From a virus, in the IMG/VR virus record IMGVR_UViG_3300020029_000095: 5,019 bases of DNA; one strand, 5' to 3'. This document shows positions 4,407 to 5,019 of this stretch, piece by piece. Each line of letters opens with the position of its first letter. Within the stretch, counting starts at the first letter, position 1. The notes under the pieces are model-generated. The model saw nothing but the letters and a program-made list of their open reading frames with translations, was not told where the DNA came from and did no database searches. Both the position numbers and the translations under genes were made by a program.

Positions 4407-5019
4407 CTAAATCTCACTTTCTAAAGGTCTAACAAGTCTTGTAATAGCGGCACGCTTAACAAGCTCACGAACGAATAACCTTTGAAAAGTACTATCTTTA
4501 GCACGAGCAAGAGCGGCCTTAATACGATTTGACTTAACATATTCAAGCCATTCAGGATATTTGTCACCAAAGATCCGATCATAATATTTGGGAGGCTTCA
4601 TCGGACGATTACGAATAACAACACGGTCATTATCATAGACATTAGTTCCATATTTTTCAAGCCATGCGGCACCAAGTCCTGGCTTTCTGCTCATAAGCGC
4701 AAATTCTGGATGACGTCCGTTATAGTATATTAGAGATGAATCGCCATATTGTTTTTTAATTACATAACGGGCGACATAAGCAGCAGACTCAAAAGTAACG
4801 TCAGAAAAATAATGATTACCGTAGTACCAAACCTTGGCAAGACGAGCAGACATATAATACTTAAAGCCGTTTCTACTGAATGCATAAACTTTGTCAGACA
4901 AATCAATATTAAACAAACAATAATGATAATGAGGACGACCAAATCGCTCACCATACTCTCCACACATCATAAATCTTATGTCATTACCAAACTCCTTTCG
5001 TAACCGTTTCATAAACTTC
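4407..5019 (-). CDS. VP4: Replication initiator protein VP4, 3' part of the gene (catalytic domain). Bases 4899-5019 duplicate 1-121.
   Basis: The track ORF MKRLRKEFGNDIRFMMCGEYGERFGRPHYHYCLFN... contains HUH motif HYH (4923-4931) and the two-tyrosine active-site motif AAYVARYVIKK (Tyr codons at 4776-4778 and 4764-4766). From memory this is nearly identical in form to phiX174 protein A, YVAKYVNKK. The frame is open to the window edge. The ATG at 5012 is internal (residue 102 of the full protein). The stop is TAG at 4407-4409. Confidence 0.93.
   Translation of the reverse strand, partial: KFMKRLRKEFGNDIRFMMCGEYGERFGRPHYHYCLFNIDLSDKVYAFSRNGFKYYMSARLAKVWYYGNHYFSDVTFESAAYVARYVIKKQYGDSSLIYYNGRHPEFALMSRKPGLGAAWLEKYGTNVYDNDRVVIRNRPMKPPKYYDRIFGDKYPEWLEYVKSNRIKAALARAKDSTFQRLFVRELVKRAAITRLVRPLESEI
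4899..5019. repeat. Terminal direct redundancy, copy 2, identical to 1-121.
   Basis: Same comparison as copy 1. 5019-4899+1 = 121 nt, so the unit length is 4898 nt. Confidence 0.95.

Noticed and set aside
5010-5012. ATG at 5012 (equal to 114) as the Rep start, or as an internal A*-like start.
   Set aside because: The frame is open upstream through the circular junction to ATG 417, and conserved VP4 motifs lie in that upstream part. The sequence before this ATG (CATCAGAAGTTTATG) has no convincing SD. An A*-type internal product therefore cannot be supported from sequence.
1-5019. tRNA, rRNA, CRISPR arrays, integrase or transposase genes, and toxin-antitoxin or defence cassettes.
   Set aside because: There are no spaced direct repeats, no cloverleaf-like segments and no ORFs with recombinase or nuclease motifs other than Rep. 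The coding capacity is fully accounted for by the nine genes listed.

Overview
The window holds one complete, circularly permuted genome of a small ssDNA phage of the family Microviridae, Gokushovirinae-like. It is given as the reverse complement of the coding (virion-sense) strand. Bases 1-121 are identical to 4899-5019, so the true unit is a 4898-nt circle and the repeat is wrap-around redundancy, not a biological terminal repeat. All credible genes are on the minus strand and tightly packed. In transcription order they are: Rep/VP4, which is split by the linearisation point (417->1 joined to 4898->4407, 302 aa); a 77-aa four-cysteine ORFan; VP5-like protein; a strong intrinsic terminator; VP3 scaffold; a 147-nt intergenic region with two stem-loops; VP1 major capsid; VP2 pilot/minor capsid; an 80-aa protein with a hydrophobic N-terminus; and a 36-aa arginine-rich J/ORF8-like protein that is absent from the ORF track. 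Family calls rest on motifs I recognise from memory (VP1 N-terminus, VP2 RYQWAMQDM..GLNP, VP4 Cys cluster plus HUH plus YxxxY, VP3 PSMT.QS..E.DIN). They also rest on Shine-Dalgarno sites, overlapping stop/start junctions and a T-rich third codon position. No database search was possible. The points most worth follow-up are listed here. (1) Two uncharacterised small accessory genes: the 80-aa membrane-anchor-like protein, a lysis candidate, and the 77-aa CxxC..CxxxxxC protein. (2) A two-TM ORF overprinted in the +1 frame of the 77-aa gene. It resembles the phiX174 E-in-D arrangement but may be a composition artefact. (3) TTG initiation of VP1, VP3 and VP5. (4) Structured intergenic DNA that may be the complementary-strand origin. 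All plus-strand ORFs, and all other +1-frame minus-strand ORFs in the track, are judged artefacts.
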